A stretch of DNA of 62,024 nucleotides, the filler included, from Choristocarpus tenellus KU-1152 (taxonomy: Eukaryota; Protista; Phaeophyceae), in assembly GCA_964200185.2 (NCBI GenBank). It is 11 parts of 11 records of this genome, joined end to end, with 100 filler letters (N's around TTAATTAATTAA, not from the genome) between each part and the next. Parts side by side here need not be neighbours in the genome. Positions count along the whole stretch, not along the records: positions 1 to 11,927 come from CAXNAD020002065.1; positions 12,028 to 15,054 come from CAXNAD020022845.1; 9 more parts are not named here. One strand, written 5' to 3'. This document shows, in pieces, positions 1-12,166 of this stretch (positions are counted from its first letter, which is position 1; each line of letters begins with the position of its first letter). The notes beneath the pieces were generated by a model. It searched no databases. It saw only the letters and a program-made list of their open reading frames with translations, and was not told the origin of the DNA. The position numbers and the translations under genes were made by a program.

Positions 1-17
1 CGCAACATTAGATGTTG

Positions 18-61
18 GCCCCCAAATGGACGCGGCTCTACCCTCTAAGATACTTTGACTC
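18..61. mobile_element. Right terminus of a Sola-like MITE
   Basis: ...CCCCAAATGGAC...CCCTCTAAGATACTTTGACTC|TTCA. The reverse complement GAGTCAAAGTATCTTAGAGGGT matches the TIR of the complete element at 26086-26345. Confidence 0.7.
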
Positions 62-2857
62 TTCAGGGCGGTACACACCTTCACTGTGCTGTGGGATGCC
101 AACCGTGAAGCCGCGTTGGGCTCCCTCAAAAACAGCGGTGGATTCAGCCACGGCTATCGGCAACGGGTAGGAGTGACGAGTGTGTTGGTCTATCATCAGG
201 CACAAAGGTGGTTGTAATTTTGTGTGTCGAATCTCGGTAGGAACGACCGTATTCGATGATTTTCAGATCCATCTTTGCTAAGTACCACCAGGTTGTAATG
301 CTTTCCTACAGATGGACTGTCGTTTTGGGGGGAGAAACACCATTTGCCGGAAAAATTAAATTCATCCTTACAAATTGCCAACGTTTACATGGATGAGGTA
401 GGGCAACAAATGTTGTAGTTGATGCATATTTTCGGCACACGAAATTTATCCTATGAGGGCATGCATTGCGTTTTCTCGATTGAATCCGTTTATGTTTCTT
501 CGACAGACCTAATGTAGAGCAAGGTTTGTATGCGAAGCACCACCGGTCCCAATGATTACAAAGATAAGACAAGTTAATTATACCACAAAAGGTATAATCG
601 ATTCTGACATGAGGAAATGGAAACGGCATGATCGACAACTAAGCATATCTGTTGTGGACCTATCTCCTTGCGAGTAGTAGAGGTTCGCGCGTTTCACGGA
701 TGTAGTCTATTCCATACATGATGCACATGAAAATGTTTACGACAAAGGATCCATGTTGTTCTCACAATAGGTGGCGACTGCCCCTGCCCTCACAAATTTT
801 GTTTTCCGTACCTCGCACCACATCATTTCCCACCGTCTGCAAACACAATATCCTTGTCCCTCCTTGTGTTCCAAAAGCAGACGAAAATGCAGTACTTTGC
901 ACGCATGTGCACAGATGTCTTGGCCTACCCTCCTTGGAGAGGACACTCCACGGGGCCACAAGTGGAACAATATCGTGGAGGTAGCCACTGGTGTGTTCGC
1001 GGAGAAGGCCGCAGAAAAGTTGCCAACTGAGTTGCTGTCCCTGTCCTACATGGTTGGGAAAGAGAGGTTTCCGGAAGAATGGGTAAGCCCCGGATCCGCG
1101 AGGATTCGTCAACCAACCTCTATACAGATGGATATAGCGGTACAGATCACAGCGATTGTATGGTGTATGATCCGAAGTACCTACACAACGACCAATACGC
1201 TCACAACATACTATATATAGAGAGGGAGAGAGTTTTATCATCGAAACGTTCAATTTGCTTCTCTATGTCAGATACCTTCAAAGCGTATGTTGTCACAAGA
1301 AATAAACAAGAGAATGAATTTGTAGCGTCCTCTCGTGGTGTGATCTTTTGTACGCAGCGTTCTTTGTACTCCCTAAGTATACAGACAGTGAAGAAGGAAT
1401 GTGCATTCGTGTCTCCTGCTCATATTGCACTTTCACCTCATTGATATTGCATTCCACACTCCTCAATAGGCCCTAATTATATACCAAAGTACTTGCACAA
1501 GGACTAAAACGCTCACAACATACTACTTCTGTCCTTGCCCACTCCATATGCAATTCGCCTTTTGCAGTTCTCTACAACACTAAGGGGTGTCCGTGCCAAG
1601 AAAAAGCACACAACGAAGACAAAGAAACTTTCCTCCAAAGGGAAGAACAAGAGCGAGGAGGAAAGTGTGAAGGAGTCCAGCCACAGCCCCTCCAGAGGCG
1701 AAACAGACAACTCCCCTTCACCTCAGAAAAACAGGGGATTGCATTCACGAAGAGAATGCACATGAAGGAGGTTTTCATTGAGCAGGCTGTTCTCGAGGTC
1801 GCATTGATGAAGATGAAGGAACTGAAGTTGCAACATGAGCACGAAATGGGCGCCAACAAGGCAGGGAATTCCACCGCCACATCAACCGTAGAGCCTGCAG
1901 AAGAACCCTACATCCTATCAGAGGAGGTAATTTGTACCATGTTGGTGGTTTACTCTCTCGACTTCCTTGCGTGAATGCATCCTTTGGCAAATCGAGATGC
2001 AGGAAATATCCGCACTCGGTAGGAACCTATTCAGACTCTTGCACTGACTTCAATATCGTCTGTATGAAAACGAACCCACTTTTACTTGAAAAGTACGCCC
2101 CACCCCTGTGTTTCGAAGGTGGGAAGGAGATTGCTGCTGAGGAATGTGGAAAAGGGTGACGTCTTCCTTGAGATTGTGGAAGGCTCGAACGGTGTTGCCC
2201 TACCCAAAGCAGTAGGAGGTGAAGTCAAGCAAGTCTAAATAAACGTTTCATGACATGATGATAAAGGGACCAGCAATAGAGGAGCAATGAATTTTTGATT
2301 TCTTTGGTAGTGAAGAAGAACAGACCTGAAATCCATATTAGTCAAGAATGCCGTAGTGTATTGACACGTAACCCCGTCTCCCACACCAAATGGTAAATAA
2401 CATGAAGAGGTCAATTGCCTAGGATAATCCGCACCACGCATGACAATGCTACGATGGTGATTTTGACACTCGCAAATGGTTAATGGTATACAACAATTTT
2501 TTTGCTTTGTTTAGGGCTTGTACTGACACATGAACAGTTCTCGTCTGTTTCCCCCCGCACAAATCTCAAAAATGTCAAAGATCACAATAACAATATAGCG
2601 GAGGGGAAGAACACAAGTGGTAGAGACACTGGCCTCACTTGTACGTGTTACTCACTTCCGCTCATAAATCCCTAATGAGTTCGCCTTAAAGGCAATTGCA
2701 CGTGTTTTAAAATTAATTTATCATTTTTCGAGTTGCCCTAACACATATTAGGACACACACGAGATACGTCACCACCTCTGCTCCTGACATCTGTTCCCCA
2801 CATCGCTCCAGATTCGAGGCATGCCACCTGCGTTGTCATCACGCTAGGCAACACCAC

Positions 2858-4054
2858 ATGTGGGGTCCACGAAACGATGTATGGGCGAAGCTGAAGGGTT
2901 CATTCAACGCTGGCTTGTCGTCCCTGCTTCTGCGCCCGGGGGGGGTGGTCCACGCATTTGCCATGCTGCAGGGGAATCGTGACCCCGACAAGGAGAAAGG
3001 CTTCGCACATGATCTCGTCAACTTATGTCACAAGTGGTGGCCAGAAGAAGACTGTGCGGAAGAAGAGGAGGGAAGACTGTGCGGCACTCTTGACTCGCCC
3101 GAGGGTGTCCAGGTCTCCCGTATTCGAGTGCGTGCTGAGAGTGACTCCGAACAGGACGACTTCGGATCCGTTCCGAAAGGGTGGAATTCCGTGGACTCTG
3201 ACATCGAACATCTGACGTTGCCACCCACGTGATCTCAGACGACTCGGACACAGAGCGTGGAATCAATCCAGGATGATGAGAGCGACGACAGATCTGCAGC
3301 AAGTGGAGAGGTTGGTCGTGAACAGGTCGATTCGTACCGTTGATCTCCTCCCGCTAAGAGGAGGAAGTCTTCCAAAGATGTGGTTGTTCGGGATTCAGGA
3401 CCCACACAGCGTTCTGGTTCCGAAAAACGCATCCCCACCCGCAAGGGGAAGCGTATGCCCGGGACTCCGCCGGCAACCTTGCTGGAGAATATCTTTTCTC
3501 CGGTGCATGGTGGTGGGGAGACACCATCACAGGACACACCATCTGGCGTGAAGGGGAGTGATGTGAACTTGGCGGACAGCGAAGATGAACTGTCCATGTC
3601 GGATGATGGTAAGTTCCACATTGGAATGACCGATCGATTACTTAAGGCTTGCGCGGAAGAACTCCTTCGCTCGGCAAACCTATCCTCATCGACATATTAT
3701 CATGTGCAAACCTGTGTCCAACAGGTTTTCCATGACTATGGCTTCAGGTCGGTGCGGGCTCGCAAATCTGCAAATCTTCTTGTCCTTGACGATCACTGCT
3801 ACATGCACAAGGGAATCCTCGATGGCTTGTGCCATGGTGTGGGTAATACCAAGAGGACGCTGTGTGCGAAGGACATAGAAGCACTCGCCGCGAGAAAAGC
3901 TGTGTTCCTCAATCGTGTCGAGGCAGAAGTGTGGAATGACAAGTACTCCTCCCCCCTAAACCTCTGGTATGTGTTGACAGAGGTTTACCCTAAGCTTATA
4001 GATTGGTGGCAGGAAGGAAAGTGCGACTTCACACTTGCTCACCAGCTAAAGTAG
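2858..4054 (+). pseudogene. Disrupted intronless ORF of about 400 codons, unknown family
   Basis: ORFs 2858-3232 and 3380-4054 are in the same frame. The gap reads SQTTRTQSVESIQDDESDDRSAASGEVGREQVDSYR*SPPAKRRKSSKD, so only two TGA stops (3230-3232, 3341-3343) interrupt it. PPAKRRK resembles an NLS. Confidence 0.65.
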
Positions 4055-5819
4055 ATTATTTTTGGTTTCAGCTCGAACTTGAAGTAAGAGTGTATTTTTC
4101 GCGGACTTTATTCTTTCTGTTCCTTGCGCAATGTGTCGAACAACTAGGTTTGTATGGTTTGGACCAAAAATCGTATTTGTAGACTCTATCCTTGTACCTG
4201 TACGGCGTCTGACTTTGCATGGCCTCGGGCAAATGTTTTGGATTTTGGAGTTTATATCTGGCAGGGTAACCCTAATTCCAGACAAATTAAATGAAACGTG
4301 CTTGCTGCTGTGAACCACTCCACTTGGTGAGGTCCAACGTTTCCTTCTCTTACCAAAGGACCAGCTTTGGAATAATATTTTGGTTCTCGTATTGTTTGGG
4401 TAAATGCCACGTCTTTTACAACAGCACACACCAACTCACAAGTACAAGTATAGTATCCCGTGGGATATCATCTCTTCACCCTGTAAGCAGTTCTTCTTCT
4501 GATGCGAAGCGAGGTCGATAACCTTTAACACCAATCAATGCCTAACACAGCATATGGTCCTCATCGAATTCTTAAGGTGGACGTCAGAATCCTTGTCATG
4601 TTATCCCTTCACTGTTAACCAGGTGCTTTGGTGATCACCGGAATCTATGGTTTATGGATACTATACCCGGATATCTCCATCAAACATACATTCGCAACCT
4701 GGTGTTACCTGTACGCGAGAGGGTACATTTCGGCCTTAGTTTCCATGATTGAACACTGTTCCGAATATTTCATACCAGTATTTCTCATAAAACATTTAAA
4801 CTTTGACGAAGCTTGTATCGCTTTGCGTCGTAGGTCTGGAACACACATCCTTTGCGACAAACTCTGACATCCTTATATGCCAGCAAGTTTTATGTACATC
4901 AAAGATTAGGCGTGCGTCTGTCAACAGGCTGTTTCCCTAATGGTGTCACAATCTTTACACAATGGGTTTCACTGTAGTGTCATCGGTTAAGGAATTGGTC
5001 ACATTGTGCCTAAACCAAAGTAATTAATGATATAATGACACCAAAAAAAGATGACTCCCTATTTCCCATAATTCCCAAGCCCACAGAGATTTGCATACAA
5101 GCAGGCACATATGATGCATTGTTCATTCTACCCTTGTCGCCAAATCGACCTATATCCGTGACATGACCCACCCCTAACCCACATGGACAGCCGTCAACCC
5201 AACTCGCTAAGCACAACACTACTCTCATGTGGACATACTCCAATAAATCAACACATACCCCCTCAACAAACCTTTTCCTAACCCTTTCCACCTCCAGCAT
5301 ATCACTCGCTAACCCAAACAAAACCTTAATGAATACCAGACTACCGACCAACACCTATGTGAAGAACTAGTTGATGCCATACCCGACCATATTTTAATCG
5401 ATAACACAATTTGGTCGCTTGAATTTAAAAGTTCAATTAAAATATTACAACATTATTCATCACCGTACACCAACAAATAAAACTACTCGATTAACTCAAA
5501 GTAATTCGACTAATTCCAAACCCCAGTAGTGATGCCTCTTCACAATGGATGTAGACACTTGTTCACCTCACGAACCACAAACCACCAGTTAACCCTAATG
5601 AATGATATTTTTTTCAATACCTTCAACAAAAAAAGCAATACCTAAACCACTCCCCAACCATTCCTTTCATTAATTCAAGTCCAAATTCAAAAATTCTCCA
5701 AGCAGTGACAGTCTATTTTGTTGGACTTAAGCTTTACCACGACTATAACTAAGTGTTACACACACACACACACATCCATGAAAACACACCTTCAACCCCC
5801 CGCATATAAGCAACTTACC

Positions 5820-5890
5820 CAAAAATTGCGATATGGTAAAATGGACCCCAAATGGACACCCCCCCTCCCCCCTCCCAGATACTTTGACCC
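5820..5890. mobile_element. Right terminus of a Sola-like element (GGGTCAAAGTATCTGGGAGGGG subfamily)
   Basis: GACCCCAAATGGACACC...CCCTCCCAGATACTTTGACCC. The same motif occurs at 23113-23182, 26600-26648 and 30814-30833. Left end not found. Confidence 0.65.
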
Positions 5891-5894
5891 TGTA

Positions 5895-6849
5895 TGTGTG
5901 GAGCTCCAACAACCTGCTGAGTGGTGGCGAGAAAGGAGCTCAAAATGTTGGTGCCTGCCCAAAGTTACCCACACATGTACCACTTCAGGTACCACTCAGC
6001 GTCGACGGTGGTGTCGACCTCGTACTACTCACCCTTCATGTGCCGCACTGTAGTCCATTGGGCCTTCATCATGACACAAACCCGCCAGATCCTGACTTTG
6101 CCATCGAAATCATGGAAAGGATCTTGGGCACAAAACGGCCGAGATGATCATCACTTTGGGTATGAGACTCTTGTGCTGCACCTTCGTTGAGCCCGCCTTT
6201 TCCTTCCCCAGGAACATGCACACCATCTCTTGTTTGCAGATGAGGTAGAACAACACCTCGTCAATGTGAATGGTGTTGAGGGCAGCCCAGTAGGTTTTGT
6301 AGTTGGGAGATCTGGTTGAGGATGAAGTTCAAAATATTCTTCTTGTGTGAAAAAGAAAGGCCAGGGATGGCGTGCCGCTGAATCCTCGTATCCCCATGGA
6401 TTCAAGCCAGCGATCAAGCTTTGAGCTGCCAACTACGACGCCTGCTTTCGCGAGCTTGGCGGAAAGTTGGTCGATAGTCAGCATGCGATTACTGGCGTTG
6501 ATTTCCAAGATCTTCGCTTGTTTCATTGGCGTAAAGTCCAATAGCTGTCCAGATTGTGCTTGTGATTTCAGGAAGAAGATATTTCCCCTGTCTAACAGTT
6601 CTTTGACGCGCACCCTTCTCCGTCTAGGGTGTCTCTGTCACACTCCAAACTCTTTCGCCAATTTTTAGACCCCACACCCCTCTAGAGCCCTTCGTGACCT
6701 GGAGGAAGAGCCAATGCGTAACACGGAGCAAATGCGGTCCGACCTCCCTCACTCAGCTCGCAGTTCTTTCCCCGAGACAGCGAGCTTTGTGCCACGGATA
6801 ATGGGCTGTGGGGGCTCGGGTTGTGAGAGGGTTGTCCACCTCCACACTG
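5895..6849 (-). mobile_element. Decayed, internally deleted Tc1/mariner (DD39D, plant/oomycete-type) transposon
   Basis: With frameshifts and stops, the minus strand reads HTH-like LAKEFGV and LTIDQLSAKLAKAGVVVGSSKLDRWLESMGIR, then TIHIDEVLFYL (cf. VHIDEKWFY), KVQHKSLIPKVMIISAV (cf. KVMFLAAVARP) and FDGKVRIW (cf. FDGKIGIW). The second and third catalytic Asp regions are missing. Degenerate TIRs (GTGTGGAG.T..ACAACC) have TA at 5893-5894 and 6850-6851. Confidence 0.85.
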
Positions 6850-8609
6850 TAGCACCAACTTTCAAAAATGGTATCAACATGGCCCACTTTGTGTTGTGTT
6901 CCGTTCTTTTGGAACCATTTCAAAACAGATCTATTCTTAGAATTCTTTGAACCATTCAATACAATTCGATGTAGTGCAACACATAGTTGGTACTGTAAAA
7001 GAGTTAGCCAGCGAGCATTGACCACAGGTAAAGGACTAGATAGGGTAGAAGTGGTTGAAAAGTCCCAGACTAAATGTGAGCAAATAGTACAATGATGCAC
7101 TGTAGTAACACGATAAAGTCAAGCAGGATCCCTCGGTTATATAGATTATTTAACATGCCTGGTGACATGTTGCAGGGATTGCCATGTAGGAAAACAAGAA
7201 ATTAAAAGGGGAGAAGGTAACAAGACCTACTAATAATAACACAGAGAAGGCTAGAGACAAGGAAAGATCATGTGCAGAATACAAATAATCACAGAGAAGA
7301 CTATTTGATACACCAACAGAGGTGTACGAAAAACAAATGGATAAGAAAATAACAAAAGACAACACTTCTACAAACCAAGGAAATAACCTCATCAATCTGG
7401 AGTCTCTAGTTTAAAGGTCAAACTCCTGTAGAGTTCTCACTTGAGCAGCAACTGAAATAATCTGTCTTAAACATGACCCTCAGCTCCCTTCCTGCTGGAC
7501 CCCTCCCCCCCCAAGAGATTTGACACTATGCGTCTCTTCAACATCAACACTACTCAATTCAGCTACTACTGCTGATGATGTTTCTACTACAAATTCTTCC
7601 GCACTTGGACATTGTCAGTTCTTTATCTCGTTTTTGTTACCATAATTTCGTAAAATAACGGCATTACTATCACTATTGATATTACTCAGTCCTCATCACC
7701 ACTTGTTCCTATTCAAAGCGTCCCCATTACCAGTACTACACAATAATGATGATTACCGACCATTAGGAATAATAAAGACGGTTGACAACCACAGCAGACT
7801 AAAAAAAAGAGTGGAAAAAAGAACAAGCACAACTAGTAAAAATAGTATGTACACAGACCTGTCAGTGAATGTAGTGGTAGTGGTAGCAGTACTGGTAGCA
7901 AGTGATGGTACTAGTGGTACACAAAACACTTTCAAACACAACAAATGGGGTTACTACGAAACAGTCACTATCGACCTGAGTGAAGTAGGCACAGGCCTTA
8001 AAACGGTAACAGAGCACGCACACGAGCAACAACATGATGCCAGAAAGGGCCTTACTTCAACACGTTCCCTACCAGCAACAAACTAGACCATTCACCAGAA
8101 CAATCCCAATTTTTTTCACCTCCACAAAATCCAAGGCCACATACAGCAAGACAAGACAGTTGCCGCACTTACCACACACAAAAACTTCATCACCCTCTCA
8201 CAGATGATCACATTCTTTTTCTCCAAGGCCCTCAAAAATTTAACTCAACTGATCACACACAAACACACACACACACGAAACTATGCCAAAATTGAGCCTT
8301 TTTTGGCCAGGGCCCTTACCAGCATCAATCTCTAACGGAAAAATAATTTTCCGATTTGTTTCACTGAGACATCAATTGACCTTAAATTGAAACTTTGAAA
8401 AACCCTCCCGGTCTTCAACTGTTCAATCTAGATTGACATTTTTCTTACTGTTTGGTATGGGTTTTCCAATGATGTATACACACAAGACAGACAAAAGTCT
8501 ACTCTTTACAAGAAATTTCTCACAAACCTTACTAATTTACCAACACCAATACACTAACACTGAGGTCCAAATGCATTGACTTGATGGCAGAGCAACTCCA
8601 CAGCAATAC

Positions 8610-10937
8610 CTATATCCAGCCAAGGATAGCATTATATAACAGTAGAACAGAATGATCCACAGGACCCGGAAAATTGTAGTGAAGACAGTCGTTCCCACCT
8701 CTGTGCCCATCTGGACGCAGTCTCAATAAAGGGTATAGATCAACGACCTTGTGGCCAGCTTCTGTAAACACCTCCTTGGCAATCTTGGAGGAGGAGTACA
8801 GCCAAGGCAAGAGGAGGAAGGCAACACCAGTGGATTAGAACCTTGGCAGGCGTCTAAGGGCATTTTAACGGATAATTGCGCAACCACCTCGAGGACGAGT
8901 GTACTCTCCGTGCACAACACCCCTTTCCTTCACCGGAGCATTAGGTCTGGCATTCAACTGCGGCACCCTAGCGATAACTAATCGCTATTAGTATCGAGAA
9001 ACTTGTCAAAGACCCTTTTTGATAAGACCTTCACTTCAGCCTGCCTGAGAGAGGTGCATCGTATCCAAGTACAAGAAACACCCACAACCCTAACCCTAAA
9101 CATAACCCTAGATAGCTTTAGTGCTAGGGTTATGTTTAGGGTTACGATTGGGGTTATACAGGCACTTCTCACAAACGTACAAGGCCGAGAAAAACACCCC
9201 TTTCACCTAAACAACTTAATTTAGAAATCCGTGCAGAGCACACATGATGCCACAAGTGCTGTTGTATGTGTCACCCAACCAAACTCTGCTTGCACCAACT
9301 ACATTCCTCCTCATTTCCTCCAATCAAATCCTTTGGTAAGACCAAATACCAAAATACGCTTTAAGATCTGGAACCCTCAACAGTTGCGCTGCCTCCCAAA
9401 AAGCACACAACATCAGCACAACAATAATTCGAAGTTAGTCACACACACACACACACAGGGCACAGAAAACAAAGATACACCTACCCGCACACCAAAACCT
9501 TTCTTCTCAACTTACCTGATTGAAGCCACTTATGGCGTACCACTGATGACTGGCGTAAGCTGGATCCCAATAGTCTTCATAAGGAGATATTTCTTGACCT
9601 GGAAGAATCGGCCCTCTCACCAAGCCCGCTTCTGGCCTATAATCCTCCTTGTCACAAAAGGTGTGCCCAGCTCGAGATGTCAAGAAGATCACCTCGCCCT
9701 CATACTTAGCAGCCTTCAAGGCAGCCACCGCACCAGTCATCAGCTCCCTATACCTGTGACAGGAAAGATCACAGCGGGATGAAACTGATAGTTAGAACCC
9801 AATCTGTACATAAAAGGGTCGAGGAACAACTAATGCTGACGGCAATAACACAGACTGGTCAGGATAGAGAGGAACAAAACCTTCCTGAGAAAAAATCTTT
9901 TCCAAAAACAAGAGGTGTGTATACATAGGTTAAGAGGACTCCAAGCTCTGCCATACTAACGTTGAGTAATAAACAAATGACCAGTTTTGATTGGCGGACT
10001 AGCGCGGAGGTCGACCTATAAAACTTTGTTCACTCTTGTGTAAAGAGTGTGCCGGCCTTTCCATCATCAGTCAAGAAAAAGAAAAAATTACCGAGAACAA
10101 ACACTTCTACTAGTGTTTTATTTTTGTTTTTTTTCAAAATTATCTTTGCCATACAAAAAAAATGTAACAGAAGACGCCCTACAGCAACTATTCACCCGCA
10201 CCAAGAAACACTGAAGGCCGCCAAACCTATACAAACACACAAAACACGCATAAATAAACTATCCTTTCTAGATAGGAAAGTTCCGACATCGTTACACAGG
10301 AACAAGTAAAACAAGTGGACCAGCAGAAGTAATAATCTTTTGTCTAGCAGGCAGCAACACAATTGCCAATCCGCATACCATGACACAGAAGACACCTACC
10401 TGAAAAAATTGTGCCAATCCCCCCTCACAACCTGACTCCTTCTATCATTTCGAGCAAAGTCCGCCCCACTAACACCTTTTCCCCTCCCCACCTCCAAAGA
10501 ATAATATCTTAGCAAATGCAGCTTCCAAACCTCACCCTACCAAAGGTTGGCACGCCTTTCCGCTCCTCACATCAAATGGCAATAAAGTCGATAAAATGAC
10601 GCTACATAATAATATCGTATGCAACACAACACAACTCAATATAACACAACACAACACTAGAAAGGTCCCAACTGTCGTCAACGAGAGCCGACCCACAGCC
10701 CTACTCCTACTCCAAACATTCTCAGATCCGGCCATTGCTGTACCTAACCCTTCCCGACTAAATCCCATCCTCTAGGTTCCTCCTCCCGTAGACCTCCACC
10801 TTTCACCTTGTATTGGTACTGACAACGTGCAACCCCATCTTCAGAACCACGATGTCGTAGTCATTGACATAAGATGCCCAAGGCTGACAGTATGCATGCT
10901 TCTCCGGAGGGAAGTCTGGCATGCACTTCTCCAACAT
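8610..10937 (-). CDS. TBL / PC-esterase (SGNH-like) polysaccharide O-acyltransferase-like protein, 3' exons
   Basis: Exons 10937-10807 (PWASYVNDYDIVVLKMGLHV), 9753-9516 (YEGEVIFLTSRAGHTFC...HQWYAISGFNQ) and 8783-8610 (LRLRPDGHRGGNDCLHYNFPGPVDHSVLLLYNAIL*). GT-AG sites and phases are consistent. RPDGH...DCxH..PG.D is the TBL C-terminal catalytic signature. Confidence 0.85.
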
Positions 10938-11128
10938 CTGGGCGACCAATCCATTAAACACGGGGTTGACAAATGTCAGCATGGATACAATAAATACTCT
11001 CTAGGGCATCAGCACCCTCGTAAAAGTTCAGAAACGTTCTCAACACTATCAACCTGCACTTGCAGAAGAGTTTCTAGAAACGTTGCATGAACAACAGAAC
11101 AAATTAATTGTGTGTGTGTGTGTGTGTG

Positions 11129-11166
<38 letters not shown>

Positions 11167-11847
11167 GGGGGCAGCAGAAGATAGCCTCGACGATTCAGAG
11201 TCAAGAACGAACAAGGTGATTCTCCAGCAATCACCAATCACAACAAGGAAACACCTTCAGGCCGTGATGAATGCATACACCCTGTGGTCGCCTAACCAAA
11301 TCAAAGCGATGACACGAGAACACATGGAACCAAAACAGACAGCCGCTATGAGGAAGAGAGCGCAGCCTCCTCTTAACTGCAGAGGTCCTCACGAGGAGAG
11401 TTAAAAAAAGAAAGCCAGATAAAAAAAGAAAGACAAGCGGCTTTCAAAAATCCGTTGTTATTTTCCTCTTCCAAACGCTCTTTCGAACGAAAGTAAACCT
11501 CATTTTGGAAGGCGTTGTGCAACACTGCAGTAATACTTCTTCTTTGACACAAAAAGGTACAGCAAGAGACGGTACCCCTTTATACCTCGAACCGGCCTGG
11601 TCCTCCAGCAATCCGTGCCAATAATCAAGCGACATTTCTCCACAAGACCAGAGCACATTCTAAGGACTTACTACAATCCAACTGCATTTGTTTTTTTGTC
11701 ATTATTGCTACCCCAAAGAGGCTAACAACCTAAGATAAGATCAGATCATAACGGCAGAGCTCAACCGATCACATTTGCTCACGAGGGAATCTGGACTCTG
11801 TAAATAAGCAATGAGAAGAGTTCTTACATGCACTTGAGGGAGGCTGT

Positions 11848-11882
<35 letters not shown>

Positions 11883-11927
11883 CCCCCCCCCCCCCCCCCC
11901 TCCCCGCCCCCCCTCTCGCCCTCCCCT

Positions 11928-12027
11928 NNNNNNNNNNNNNNNNNNNNNNNNNNNNNNNNNNNNNNNNNNNNTTAATTAATTAANNNNNNNNNNNNNNNNN
12001 NNNNNNNNNNNNNNNNNNNNNNNNNNN
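11928..12027. other. Artificial contig spacer (first of ten)
   Basis: 44 N + TTAATTAATTAA (stops in all six frames) + 44 N. Identical spacers at 15055-15154, 19934-20033, 23183-23282, 30834-30933, 37201-37300, 42183-42282, 48046-48145, 50655-50754 and 59246-59345. Adjacent contigs are not necessarily linked in the genome. Confidence 0.99.
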
Positions 12028-12166
12028 TTGTTTTTTTGTTTTTTGGTTTGTTAATGTGTGGTTCTGCTTTTTCTTCCTCTCCCCCCCCCCCCCCCCCCCC
12101 CCCCCTCCCACATGTTTATACCCTGTACCTTTTTTTTAATGTTGTATTTGTGTGTATTGATTTTAG

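Noticed and set aside
2858-4054. In-frame TGA codons as selenocysteine or an alternative genetic code
   Set aside because: Both lie in a disordered low-complexity linker, neighbouring frames are also decayed with TAA/TAG stops, and MED4 and the DUF1445 gene use TGA as a normal stop. Mutational decay is simpler.
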